Assembly (NCBI GenBank): GCA_965205505.1
Contig: CBDBHB010000009.1
Span: 2,144,001-2,208,000 of the forward strand
Direction of reading: 5' to 3'
Source of the DNA: Acidobacteriota bacterium
Lineage (GTDB): Bacteria > Acidobacteriota > UBA890 > WLXD01
DNA: 64,000 nt
Under the pieces are notes generated by a model. The model did not search any database, was not told the origin of the DNA, and was given only the letters and a program-made list of their open reading frames with translations. Position 1 is the stretch's first letter. Each line of letters opens with the position of its first letter. Positions 1-8,674 of the stretch are shown here, one piece after another. The translations under genes were made by a program, and so were the position numbers.

Positions 1-834
1 GGTGGCGTCGAGCTCAGCAGAAGGCTCGGTGAAGGGGAAGTACCCGGGTCGAAATCGCGTCGCCGTCTGAGGTCCGAACAGCGCTTTGGCGAACGTATCG
101 AGCGTGCCTTTCAAGTCTGCCAACGTGATGTCGGTGTCGACCACCAGGCCTTCGAGCTGGACGAACATGGGGGTGTGGGTTGCATCCGGCGTGTCCCGGC
201 GGAAAACGCGCCCCGGAACGATGATCGCGAAAGGAGGTTCGTGAGTCTCCATATAGCGAATCTGGACGGGTGAAGTGTGCGTGCGAAGCAGCAGGTCGTC
301 GTCCAGGTGCAGGGTGTCCTGTGCGTCGCGCGCCGGGTGATCGGGCGGAAAGTTGAGCGCTCCGAAGTTGTACCAATCGGTCTCGATCTCGGGGCCGTCG
401 ACCACTTCGTACCCCATGGCGACGAAGATGCTCTCAATCTCCGCGAGCGTACGCGTGATCGGGTGAAGTCCGCCGAGCGCGTCGGGAACGGCCGGCTGTG
501 TGACGTCGATGGCTTCGTCCCTGGCACGCTCGGCGGATGCAGAGATGCGGAGCCGCTGCTCGAGCTCCTCCAGCGCCGTGCCGATCGCCTGTCTGGCGCG
601 GTTGGCTGCCGCGCCAACTTGCCGCTTCGTGTCGGCATCGAGATTCCGCATGCTCTGAAAGACTGCCGTGAGTCGACCGCGCTTGCGACCCAGGTAGCGC
701 GCCTGGATTTCTTCGAGCGTGTCGAGATCTGTTACGCCGGCGCTCTCGCGGTGAAACTCCTCGACGATCGTCTCGACGAGCTCTAGCGGATCACCAGCCG
801 CGCCCGCCACGTTGTCCAGCGGGGCAGCCGCCAT
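1..834 (-). CDS. pheS: Phenylalanyl-tRNA synthetase alpha subunit (3' end runs off the window)
   Basis: Manual minus-strand translation gives LLRTHTSPVQIR, RVFRRDTPDATHTPMFVQLEG and RFRPGYFPFTEPSAE; ATG at 834 (alternative GTG at 810); lies downstream of rplT. Confidence 0.95.
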   Translation of the reverse strand, partial: MAAAPLDNVAGAAGDPLELVETIVEEFHRESAGVTDLDTLEEIQARYLGRKRGRLTAVFQSMRNLDADTKRQVGAAANRARQAIGTALEELEQRLRISASAERARDEAIDVTQPAVPDALGGLHPITRTLAEIESIFVAMGYEVVDGPEIETDWYNFGALNFPPDHPARDAQDTLHLDDDLLLRTHTSPVQIRYMETHEPPFAIIVPGRVFRRDTPDATHTPMFVQLEGLVVDTDITLADLKGTLDTFAKALFGPQTATRFRPGYFPFTEPSAELDAT

Positions 835-841
835 ATCCAGC

Positions 842-1195
842 TCAGCTAAGGGCGTTCTTAGCGGTGGCGGCGAGCGCCTCGAAGGCGTGCGGATCCTTTA
901 CGGCGAGCTCGGCAAGCACCTTGCGGTCCAGGCCGACCCCGGCGACCGCGAGGCCGTTGATGAACTGGCTGTAGGACAGTCCATGCTCACGACTTGCGGC
1001 GTTGATTCGCGTGATCCATAGACGGCGATAGTCGCGCTTCTTGCGTTTGCGGCCGTGGAAGGCGTACTGCAGCGCCCGGTCGACTGCCTCGCTCGCCTCG
1101 CTGTAGAGGCGACTCCTGGCGCCGAAGTAACCCTTCGCCTGCTTGAGAACGCGGCGGCGCCGCCTCGTATGGACATTGCCGCGCTTGACGCGCAT
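842..1195 (-). CDS. rplT: 50S ribosomal protein L20
   Basis: MRVKRG...AKGYFGARS...[17 protein letters not shown]; conserved operon position. Confidence 0.98.
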   Translation of the reverse strand: MRVKRGNVHTRRRRRVLKQAKGYFGARSRLYSEASEAVDRALQYAFHGRKRKKRDYRRLWITRINAASREHGLSYSQFINGLAVAGVGLDRKVLAELAVKDPHAFEALAATAKNALS

Positions 1196-1217
1196 GGTTC
1201 CCTCCGTTACTGGCCGG

Positions 1218-1412
1218 CTAGCCGGGGAGCAGCCGATCCACGCGCTTGTAGTCGGCGCTGGTCAGCGTAGTCGGTTTACCGAGCCGCCGCTTCCGCTTGC
1301 GTGACTTCTTGGTCAGGATGTGGGCCTTGTAGGCCTTGCGGCGCACCAGCTTGCCAGTACCGGTGCGCTTGAAGCGCTTGGCTGCGCCACGGTGCGTCTT
1401 CATCTTCGGCAT
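1218..1412 (-). CDS. rpmI: 50S ribosomal protein L35
   Basis: [21 protein letters not shown]. Confidence 0.98.
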   Translation of the reverse strand: MPKMKTHRGAAKRFKRTGTGKLVRRKAYKAHILTKKSRKRKRRLGKPTTLTSADYKRVDRLLPG

Positions 1413-1476
1413 ATCGTTCCTCGTTGGCCACGGAATACCCGCGGATGTCCTGCGCGCCCAGGCGCCGGTAGGAACC

Positions 1477-1986
1477 TCAGTCGCGTTTCGGCGTCAGGAT
1501 CATGATCATCTGCCGTCCCAGCATGCTGGGGCGACTCTCGACCCTGAAGCTTCCCTCGTCGAGGTCCTCTTGGACGCGTTCCAAAATTCGACGACCGAGC
1601 TCCGGATGTACCACTTCGCGGCCGCGAAACATGATCGTCGCCTTGATCATGTGACCTTCGCCGAGAAATCGCTTGATGTGGTTAAGCTTGAAGGCGTAGT
1701 CGTGCTCGTCGATCTTGGGCCGGAATTTTACTTCTTTGAGCTGTGGCTGATGTGCCTTTTGCTTGCGATCCTTCGCGAGACGGTAGACGTATTTGCCGTA
1801 GTCCATAAGCCGGCATACGGGCGGTTGGGCCGTGGGCGCGACTTCCACGAGATCCAGACCCGCCTGTCGAGCCAAATCCATGGCCTCCTCGGTGGGGACG
1901 ATGCCGGCCTGGTTACCGTCTCCGTCGATCAGACGAACCTGCGGGACGCGAATGTTCTCGTTTATACGATGGCGCTTGTCGCTAAT
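1477..1986 (-). CDS. infC: Translation initiation factor IF-3, ATT start codon
   Basis: Frame extends upstream of the listed ORF to GAGGAAACCAAGCA-ATT ([21 protein letters not shown]); contains [22 protein letters not shown] and [14 protein letters not shown]. An AUU start is the known infC autoregulatory feature. Confidence 0.93.
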   Translation of the reverse strand: MSDKRHRINENIRVPQVRLIDGDGNQAGIVPTEEAMDLARQAGLDLVEVAPTAQPPVCRLMDYGKYVYRLAKDRKQKAHQPQLKEVKFRPKIDEHDYAFKLNHIKRFLGEGHMIKATIMFRGREVVHPELGRRILERVQEDLDEGSFRVESRPSMLGRQMIMILTPKRD

Positions 1987-2055
1987 TGCTTGGTTTCCTC
2001 GAATGGTTGGCGCGGATCACCCGCTGAACTCGGCCGACGGACACTAAAGGATGCC

Positions 2056-4011
2056 TCAGTCCGCCTCAACAGGCCACTCCTGAAGGGCACGCACCTCGAC
2101 GTCGGCTACGGTGCGCTCGATGAACTCTGACGTCGGCATGGTACCGAGGTTGCCTGCGGCGCGGTGACGAACGGCGACCTGGCCGGCCTCGGCTTCGCGG
2201 TCGCCGACCACCAACATGAAGGGGGTCTTTTGCATTTGGGCGTCGCGGATCTTGGCGCCCATCTTTTCGGAGCGCCCGTCGACGGACACACGAAGGCCGC
2301 GCGATCGTGCTTCGTCAGCGATCTGCCCAGCGTAGTCGCGATGCCGGTCCGCGATGGGAATCACGGTCGCCTGCGTCGGCGCCAGCCAGAGCGGGAAGGC
2401 GCCCGCGTAGTGTTCTACCAACATACCGAAGAAGCGCTCGAAGGACCCTAACAGCGCGCGGTGGATCATGATCACGCGGTGTTCGTGGGAGTCGCTACCA
2501 ACGAACGTGATGTCGAAACGCTCGGGAAGGGTGAAGTCGAACTGCACTGTGGAGCATTGCCATTTGCGGCCGATCGCGTCGGTGACTTGGACGTCGATCT
2601 TGGGTCCATAGAAGACCGCCTCGCCCTCCATCCGTGTGTAGTCGAACCCCTCGGCATCGAGCGCCCGGCCGAGGGCCGTCTCGGCACGTTCCCAGTCGGC
2701 GTCGGAGCCAGCATACTTGCCAGTATCTCCGGGATCACGAACTGAGAGCTCCACGTTGTACTCGTCGAAACCAAACGTGGCCAAGAGGTCGCGCATGAAT
2801 TGCAAAGCGCCCAGGATCTCCTCGTCGATCTGCTCGGGTGTACAGAACAGATGCGCGTCGTCCTGGGTGAAGCCACGGACCCGCAGCATCCCGTGTAGGA
2901 CGCCAGAGCGCTCGTAACGGTAGACGGTGCCGAACTCCGCCAAGCGCACGGGCAGCTCACGGTATGAGCGACCGCGGGTCTGGTACACGAGGATGTGGCC
3001 TGGGCAGTTCATCGGTCTGAGGACATATTCTTGATCGTCGATGTCGAGCGAATACATGTTCTCCCGGTAGTAATCCCAATGCCCGGACTTCTCCCATAGC
3101 TTCTGGCGCGCGATGTGCGGCGTGTACACGAGGTCATAACCGCGTCGAAGGTGCTCCGCACGCAGATAGTCCTCGATCAAGCTACGGATCAAGGCACCCT
3201 TCGGATGCCAGAAGACCATGCCCGGCCCCGCCGATTCGTCGATGTGGTAGAGATCGAGGTCGGTCCCGAGGCGACGATGGTCGCGTCTGCGAATCTCCTC
3301 GAGCTGATCGAGGTGCTCCTGAAGGGCCTCGTCGGAGAAGAACGCCGTGGCGTAGATACGCTGCATCATCGGCGCGTCGTCGCGGCCGCGCCAGTGGGCC
3401 GCTGCCGAGTGCAGCACCTTGATGGAAGGAATTTGCACCGTGGACGGCAGGTGCGGTCCGGTACAGAAGTCGATGAATTCGCCCTGCTGATAACAGGAGA
3501 CCGAGTGGCCGCCCTTGTCGCGAATGAGCTCGCACTTCAGCGGCTCGTCCTTGCTCGCGAACAGCTCCAGCGCCTCTTCCTTCGGCATCTCGAGACGCAG
3601 CATCGGCTGATCGCCAGCAATGAGCTCCCGCATCCGCGCTTCGATCTTCTCCAGGTCTTCCGGCGTGAACGGTTGTTCGCGCAGGAAATCGTAGTAGAAG
3701 CCAGTGGCGGTCGGCGGGCCGATTCCCACCTGAGTATCACCAAACAACTGCTGCACAGACTGCGCCAACACGTGAGACGCCGTGTGTCGCGCCATCTCCA
3801 GGGCGGCCGCCGGATTCGACTCGGCGCTGATGAGCTCGAGCTCCCCAGACTCCACCAGGGCCATCTGGAAATCGAGATCGTGCTCCCCGAGGCGCACGCC
3901 TACGCCAGTGGCGAGCCAGTCGGGAGCCGCTTCGGCCAGGAACTCGCCGACACGAGCGCCGGCGTCGACGTCGTGTGTCTGGTCGCCGATCTTGATCTGT
4001 AGCTGACTCAT
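2056..4011 (-). CDS. thrS: Threonyl-tRNA synthetase
   Basis: HTASHVLA, DFCTGPHLP, RDHRRLG, RPMNCPGH, FYGPKID; start moved to ATG 4011 because the longer ORF overlaps the tRNA. Confidence 0.97.
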   Translation of the reverse strand: MSQLQIKIGDQTHDVDAGARVGEFLAEAAPDWLATGVGVRLGEHDLDFQMALVESGELELISAESNPAAALEMARHTASHVLAQSVQQLFGDTQVGIGPPTATGFYYDFLREQPFTPEDLEKIEARMRELIAGDQPMLRLEMPKEEALELFASKDEPLKCELIRDKGGHSVSCYQQGEFIDFCTGPHLPSTVQIPSIKVLHSAAAHWRGRDDAPMMQRIYATAFFSDEALQEHLDQLEEIRRRDHRRLGTDLDLYHIDESAGPGMVFWHPKGALIRSLIEDYLRAEHLRRGYDLVYTPHIARQKLWEKSGHWDYYRENMYSLDIDDQEYVLRPMNCPGHILVYQTRGRSYRELPVRLAEFGTVYRYERSGVLHGMLRVRGFTQDDAHLFCTPEQIDEEILGALQFMRDLLATFGFDEYNVELSVRDPGDTGKYAGSDADWERAETALGRALDAEGFDYTRMEGEAVFYGPKIDVQVTDAIGRKWQCSTVQFDFTLPERFDITFVGSDSHEHRVIMIHRALLGSFERFFGMLVEHYAGAFPLWLAPTQATVIPIADRHRDYAGQIADEARSRGLRVSVDGRSEKMGAKIRDAQMQKTPFMLVVGDREAEAGQVAVRHRAAGNLGTMPTSEFIERTVADVEVRALQEWPVEAD

Positions 4012-4058
4012 CGATGTTTTCGCACGAGTCGCTTCACCACGACCGGTGGAAGGATGAA

Positions 4059-4131
4059 TAGGCGCGGCCGGGCTCGAACCGACGACCTCTTCCGCGTCAG
4101 GGAAGCGCTCTCCCAACTGAGCTACGCGCCT
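4059..4131 (-). tRNA. tRNA-Val(GAC), CCA not encoded
   Basis: AGGCGCG-TA-GCTCAGTTGGGAGAGC-G-CTTCC-CTGACGC-GGAAG-AGGTC-GTCGG-TTCGAGC-CCGGC-CGCGCCT-A folds as a cloverleaf; anticodon GAC. Confidence 0.96.
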
Positions 4132-4194
4132 GCGCTAAGACAACGCGGCTCTCGGCCTGTTACTGGGATGCACGAGAGCCGCAGCAAGGTTGGA

Positions 4195-4224
4195 ACTATA
4201 GCAGCGGTACGCGAAAACGGTCAA
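4195..4224 (-). promoter_or_regulatory. Sigma70-type promoter for the tRNA-Val-thrS operon
   Basis: Minus strand TTGACC-N18-TATAGT with TG at the extended -10 position; a GCGGCTCTCG/CGAGAGCCGC hairpin lies in the leader. Confidence 0.7.
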
Positions 4225-4916
4225 CGTAACGGGTCGGCACGCTGACCGTGCTTGGGCCCGGTAAGGAATGCGACCACGACTGCCATCAGCACGTCGCCCG
4301 GCACATGGGTCACATAGCCATGAAACAGTAGATCTCCGGGAGCCATGACCTCACCGGCGGGCTGCAAATAGCGCTGGCTGAAAGCAGCCCACGCGAGACC
4401 CGCCGCATAGTACGGCGAGAGGCTGGCGGTGAGCGCCAGAACGCGAGCCGGCCGCTCCACGAGCCGGAGGGCGTAGAAGAACGCAATCACCAGGGCCAGG
4501 ACCAGAACCGCGTTGAAATAGGGTTTGAGCTGCTGACCAATCCAGGGCTCCTGCCAGGCGTGCGCTGTGACCGCAGTCACCAGGGCCATGACCAGCAGGA
4601 TCCATCGAACGGATCGGCGGCGCAGATGATCGGTATCAGTGACCAAACGACTTGCTGCCGCGCCTGCCGCCACGCGACCGGCCATGTAGCCCCAGTCGGC
4701 GACTTCCCCGACGACCCCCATGAGGCTCAGAGCCATGAGGGCCACGAGCGCCATCCCCTGTGAGCGAAGCGCGCCAGAGCCGCCGAGCACGCAGCCTGCG
4801 AGCAAAGCGACGCCGGTGGAGAACGTGTAGGCGCCAACGGTGAGCTCGTAGCCGAGCGGGTAGACGACGATGGTCAGGAGCGCCCAGGCCCAAAGTGGCC
4901 AGTCACGCGGGTGCAA
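4221..4916 (-). CDS. Hypothetical multi-pass membrane protein
   Basis: Several hydrophobic segments; starts 5 bp after the ParA stop. Confidence 0.7.
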   Translation of the reverse strand: MHPRDWPLWAWALLTIVVYPLGYELTVGAYTFSTGVALLAGCVLGGSGALRSQGMALVALMALSLMGVVGEVADWGYMAGRVAAGAAASRLVTDTDHLRRRSVRWILLVMALVTAVTAHAWQEPWIGQQLKPYFNAVLVLALVIAFFYALRLVERPARVLALTASLSPYYAAGLAWAAFSQRYLQPAGEVMAPGDLLFHGYVTHVPGDVLMAVVVAFLTGPKHGQRADPLR

Positions 4917-4920
4917 CGGC

Positions 4921-5775
4921 TCAGAGGCCGGCAGACTGGCGTCGGGCCTCTGCTGCGTGGCCGTCGATCACGGTGAGGCGCCGGCGCTCCTCATGGTGCT
5001 GAGGCAATCCGAAGTAGCCCCTCCGGGAGGCTGCCCGGCGGATGATCTCTCTGGTCAGCGAACGGAACTCAGCCGCCGCCCGGGTGGCCGGCGCATATCG
5101 CGTGATCGGCTCGGGCGCGTCGGTCGACTCCGAGATCTGTACACAATCGTTCACCACCGTGTCGAGAACCAGGTCGCCGTAGGCCGATTGCATTGCTTCG
5201 AGGACCTGATGGGCGATACGAGTGCGGGCGTCGAAGGCGTTCGCGAAAATGCCGAGCAGGTCGAGACTCGGATTGGCGCCCAGATCGCGCAACTCTCGTA
5301 CCAACTCCAGCACGCGCTGGACGCCTTGGTAGGCCATGCCGCGAGCCTGTACGGGGCAGAGGATATGCTGCGCCGCCACGAAAGCGTTGAGCAGCACCAC
5401 CCCGCCGTTGCCGGGTGGGCAATCGATGATGGCGTAGTCGCAGGTCTCGGGGAGACGAGCCAGTAGTACGCGCTCGCCCGCCAAGTTGCGCCGATTGATG
5501 TCGTCGAGCCGGGGCGACGCGGCGACGCCCCAAATGCCGGGAATCCGAGTGCGGACCGCGGCTGTACCGATCGTTGCCTGGCCGCGGAGCACGTCGGCGA
5601 GGGTCTGGTGCGCTCCGAGCGCAGGCAAATCGAGGCATTCCGTGAGGCTCCCCTGAGAGTCGGCATCGATGACTAGCACGGTATGGCCGAGCTCGGCCAG
5701 CACGGCGGCGAGATTGAACGTCGTCGTTGTCTTGCCGACGCCGCCCTTGAGGTTGCTAACAGCGATTGTCCGCAT
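4921..5775 (-). CDS. ParA/Soj-family ATPase (no ParB adjacent)
   Basis: Deviant Walker A KGGVGKTT, IDADSQG, IIDCPP. Confidence 0.92.
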   Translation of the reverse strand: MRTIAVSNLKGGVGKTTTTFNLAAVLAELGHTVLVIDADSQGSLTECLDLPALGAHQTLADVLRGQATIGTAAVRTRIPGIWGVAASPRLDDINRRNLAGERVLLARLPETCDYAIIDCPPGNGGVVLLNAFVAAQHILCPVQARGMAYQGVQRVLELVRELRDLGANPSLDLLGIFANAFDARTRIAHQVLEAMQSAYGDLVLDTVVNDCVQISESTDAPEPITRYAPATRAAAEFRSLTREIIRRAASRRGYFGLPQHHEERRRLTVIDGHAAEARRQSAGL

Positions 5776-6009
5776 CGATTCCCAGGGTGAACAATGAACG
5801 CCGACGGAGCGTAAATGGACCGAACACTGTGGTCAAGAGGCTTCCATTCGGCCGCCGAGAAAGCCAGGGCGGCCCTTGCACCCGCTCAGCGAGAGCTCGG
5901 GTCAACTTCGCTGACGAGACTCCTGGGGCCGTCCTATACTTCGGCTGCGGGGGGGTATGGGCGACGTCCTGCCCCGGCATCAGAAGCGCGAGCCGCAGGA
6001 GCCGAACCC

Positions 6010-7932
6010 ATGCCTATACGAGCCACCACGATCGTGGCCATCGTCTTCGCCATTGCTGTCCTGACACCCGATGTGAGCGCCCAGGACGGCAACTGGCCGG
6101 GCTGGCGAGGGGATGGTAGCGGCGTGTCGAGGGCCACGAACCTGCCGGTCGAATGGGATACCGAGCGGGGCGTTCTTTGGAAGAAGCCTCTGGCCGGCGC
6201 GGGACACTCCTCGCCGGTGGTATTCGGTGATCGAGTGCTCGTTACCACTGCCTATGAGCGCACCGACACGGTGTTTACCAAGTCGCTCTTGATCCCCGTC
6301 AGCGGACTGCTGGGTCTGGCGCTTCTCGTGTTCATGCTGATGTGGGCCTGGCGCGGCCTCGGGCTCGGTGGTACCGACGTATCGGCAGCACCTTCGTGGG
6401 TGCGTCAGGCGGTCAGGCTCGAGATGCTGCCAGTCCTCTTGCTGGGGCTGTACTTCCTGTGGGAGCTCGCCGATTTGCTGCTGTGGAAGAGCGCCGGCTT
6501 CAACGTCGAGAGTCCCCACCTCACCTGGATCCTGAGTGGTGAGGTTATCGTCCTCGGGCTGATAGCGTCCGTAGGGACATTGCGGGCGGGGAGTTGGCTA
6601 CGCTTGGGCGCAGCCGGATTGTTGGCCGCTGCTACCGCCGCGTTCTACGTCAATCAGCCGCGTGGGCTGGCGAATCTGGCGGTTCCCGCAGAGTGGCAGA
6701 TGAACGTACTGCAGCCCGCTGCTATCGCTGTCGCCTGGTTCCTCGTCTTTTGGATATTCGTGCGCCTCGCCGGGCGACCGCATCGCCGGCCTGCGCCGAC
6801 CGTCTACGTGACCGCTGGCGGGTTGGCCGTTCTCGCCATGCTCAGCTTCGGCTTCTTCAACTTCGTGGAACCCAGCGTTGGTCTCTGGCGTGCGGTCACA
6901 GCACTCGATGCGGACACCGGCGAGGAAATTTGGACGCAGGGGGTGGCCGCGCCCTCTGGGCGCAAATACCCGACGAACTCCTATGCCTCGCCGACGGCGG
7001 CAACGGACGGCCGCTACGTGGTCGTCAACTTCGGCCCGACGCTGGTGACCATGGACTTCGACGGCAACATCCTCTGGGAGCGCCGTGAGCCGCTCTTCAT
7101 GCGGTACTTGCGCCACGGCGCTGCGATATCGCCAGTGATATACGGAGATAACGTGCTGTTCACGTTCCTGCCGGAGACCCGTGAGGCGGGCATGGAGGAT
7201 GCTACGACCGACACATCATTCGAGTCGTTGTCCTATCTCATCTCGCTGGACCTGGCGACCGGTGAGGAACGCTGGCGGGTCGACGGGATGGCTGGTGGTC
7301 GCGACGCCTTCGGAACGCCCCTGCTGGTACCGACATCCAGTGGCATGTCGGTGCTCCTGAGTGTCAACGATCACATGCATGCCTACGATGCCGATTCCGG
7401 GGCACATCTCTGGTCGGTGGAAACGCCGCTGCACGTGCCGGTCCCGAGCGTGGTTGCGAACAGTGAGACCGCCTTCATGTCCGGTGGGCTCTACGGCCCG
7501 GCGGTGATCGCGGCCGTGGCCTTGACCGATGACGATGGCCGCGAGGTGGAGCGGGCTGCGGCCTCCAAGCGCCGTCCGTTCCGTTGGAAGGTCACCCGTG
7601 GTACTCCGGACGTGTCGTCGCCGATCATCTACGGCGACCTCCTTTACTGGGTAACGCAGAACGGCCGGATGTTCTGCGCCGATCCAGCCACCGGCGAGAT
7701 CCTGTGGAGACAACGGTTGGGGGCGCAATATACGGCCTCGCCGGTAGCGGGAGATGGCAAGCTTTACATCGTCGGCGCCGATGGCTCCGTGGCCGTCCTC
7801 GAGGCTGGGCGAGAGTACCGGGAGATCGCCAGGAACCACTTCGATGAGGTCATCTACGCTTCCCCGGCCATCGCCAACGGCCGTATTTACATTCGTGGTC
7901 AGCACCATCTGTACGCCGTTCACGGCAACTGA
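6010..7932 (+). CDS. PQQ-like (BamB-type) beta-propeller protein with an inserted multi-TM block
   Basis: Signal peptide, NWPGWRG, GHSSPVV, then about 200 hydrophobic residues, then YASPT, SSPII and YASPAIANGRIYIR propeller repeats. Confidence 0.85.
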   Translation: MPIRATTIVAIVFAIAVLTPDVSAQDGNWPGWRGDGSGVSRATNLPVEWDTERGVLWKKPLAGAGHSSPVVFGDRVLVTTAYERTDTVFTKSLLIPVSGLLGLALLVFMLMWAWRGLGLGGTDVSAAPSWVRQAVRLEMLPVLLLGLYFLWELADLLLWKSAGFNVESPHLTWILSGEVIVLGLIASVGTLRAGSWLRLGAAGLLAAATAAFYVNQPRGLANLAVPAEWQMNVLQPAAIAVAWFLVFWIFVRLAGRPHRRPAPTVYVTAGGLAVLAMLSFGFFNFVEPSVGLWRAVTALDADTGEEIWTQGVAAPSGRKYPTNSYASPTAATDGRYVVVNFGPTLVTMDFDGNILWERREPLFMRYLRHGAAISPVIYGDNVLFTFLPETREAGMEDATTDTSFESLSYLISLDLATGEERWRVDGMAGGRDAFGTPLLVPTSSGMSVLLSVNDHMHAYDADSGAHLWSVETPLHVPVPSVVANSETAFMSGGLYGPAVIAAVALTDDDGREVERAAASKRRPFRWKVTRGTPDVSSPIIYGDLLYWVTQNGRMFCADPATGEILWRQRLGAQYTASPVAGDGKLYIVGADGSVAVLEAGREYREIARNHFDEVIYASPAIANGRIYIRGQHHLYAVHGN

Positions 7933-7934
7933 GC

Positions 7935-8591
7935 ATGAACACGAACGGATACGTCCTCTACCACGGCAACAAGAACTACTCCTCGTGGTCGATGCGCGGC
8001 TGGCTTGCCGTGCGTCAGTCGGGATGTGAATTCGAGGAGGTAGCGTTTCATCTAGGCGCGGACGGCGTGCGCGACCGCATCGGGGAGCACTCGCCTTCCC
8101 GAAAGGTCCCGGCCCTGCGCCACGGTGACCTGATCATCTGGGATTCGCTGGCGATCACCGAGTATCTCGCAGAGCGGTTTCCGGAGGCAGGGATCTGGCC
8201 TGCCATCGAGGCCGATCGGGCGCGAGCTCGGTCTGTGGTGGCTGAGATGCACGCTGGGTTCACTGCCCTACGGACGGCGATGCCGTTTAACTGCCGTCGC
8301 TCGAGCCCGGGCGTGGGTAGACAGGCCGGCGTCGCCGAAGACATCGCCCGGGTCACGCAGATCTGGCGCCGGTGTCGCGCACAGGCGAACGATGGGGAAT
8401 ACCTATTCGGCGCATACTCCGCGGCAGACATAGCCTACGCGCCTGTCGTAAGTCGCTTTCGTACCTATGCCGTCGAGTTGGATGACGTCTGCGAACAATA
8501 CGCGCAATCGGTCTGGGAGCATCCCCATATTGTCGAATGGTACGCCGCCGCTGCGCGGGAGGAGTGGATCGAGCCCGAATACGACCTGTGA
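7935..8591 (+). CDS. Glutathione S-transferase family protein
   Basis: GNKNYSSWSMRGW, SPSRKVPAL, WDSLAI. Confidence 0.93.
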   Translation: MNTNGYVLYHGNKNYSSWSMRGWLAVRQSGCEFEEVAFHLGADGVRDRIGEHSPSRKVPALRHGDLIIWDSLAITEYLAERFPEAGIWPAIEADRARARSVVAEMHAGFTALRTAMPFNCRRSSPGVGRQAGVAEDIARVTQIWRRCRAQANDGEYLFGAYSAADIAYAPVVSRFRTYAVELDDVCEQYAQSVWEHPHIVEWYAAAAREEWIEPEYDL

Positions 8592-8674
8592 TTTGGTCGA
8601 CTGAGGATGGAGAGAGCGGCGGCGGATCCACTCACCGCTCACCGCCGCCGAAAACGCATTGCTCGATGTCGCCT

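Noticed and set aside
277-4002. Long antisense ORFs opposite pheS, infC and thrS, and many similar ones elsewhere
   Set aside because: Shadow ORFs expected from high-GC codon bias.
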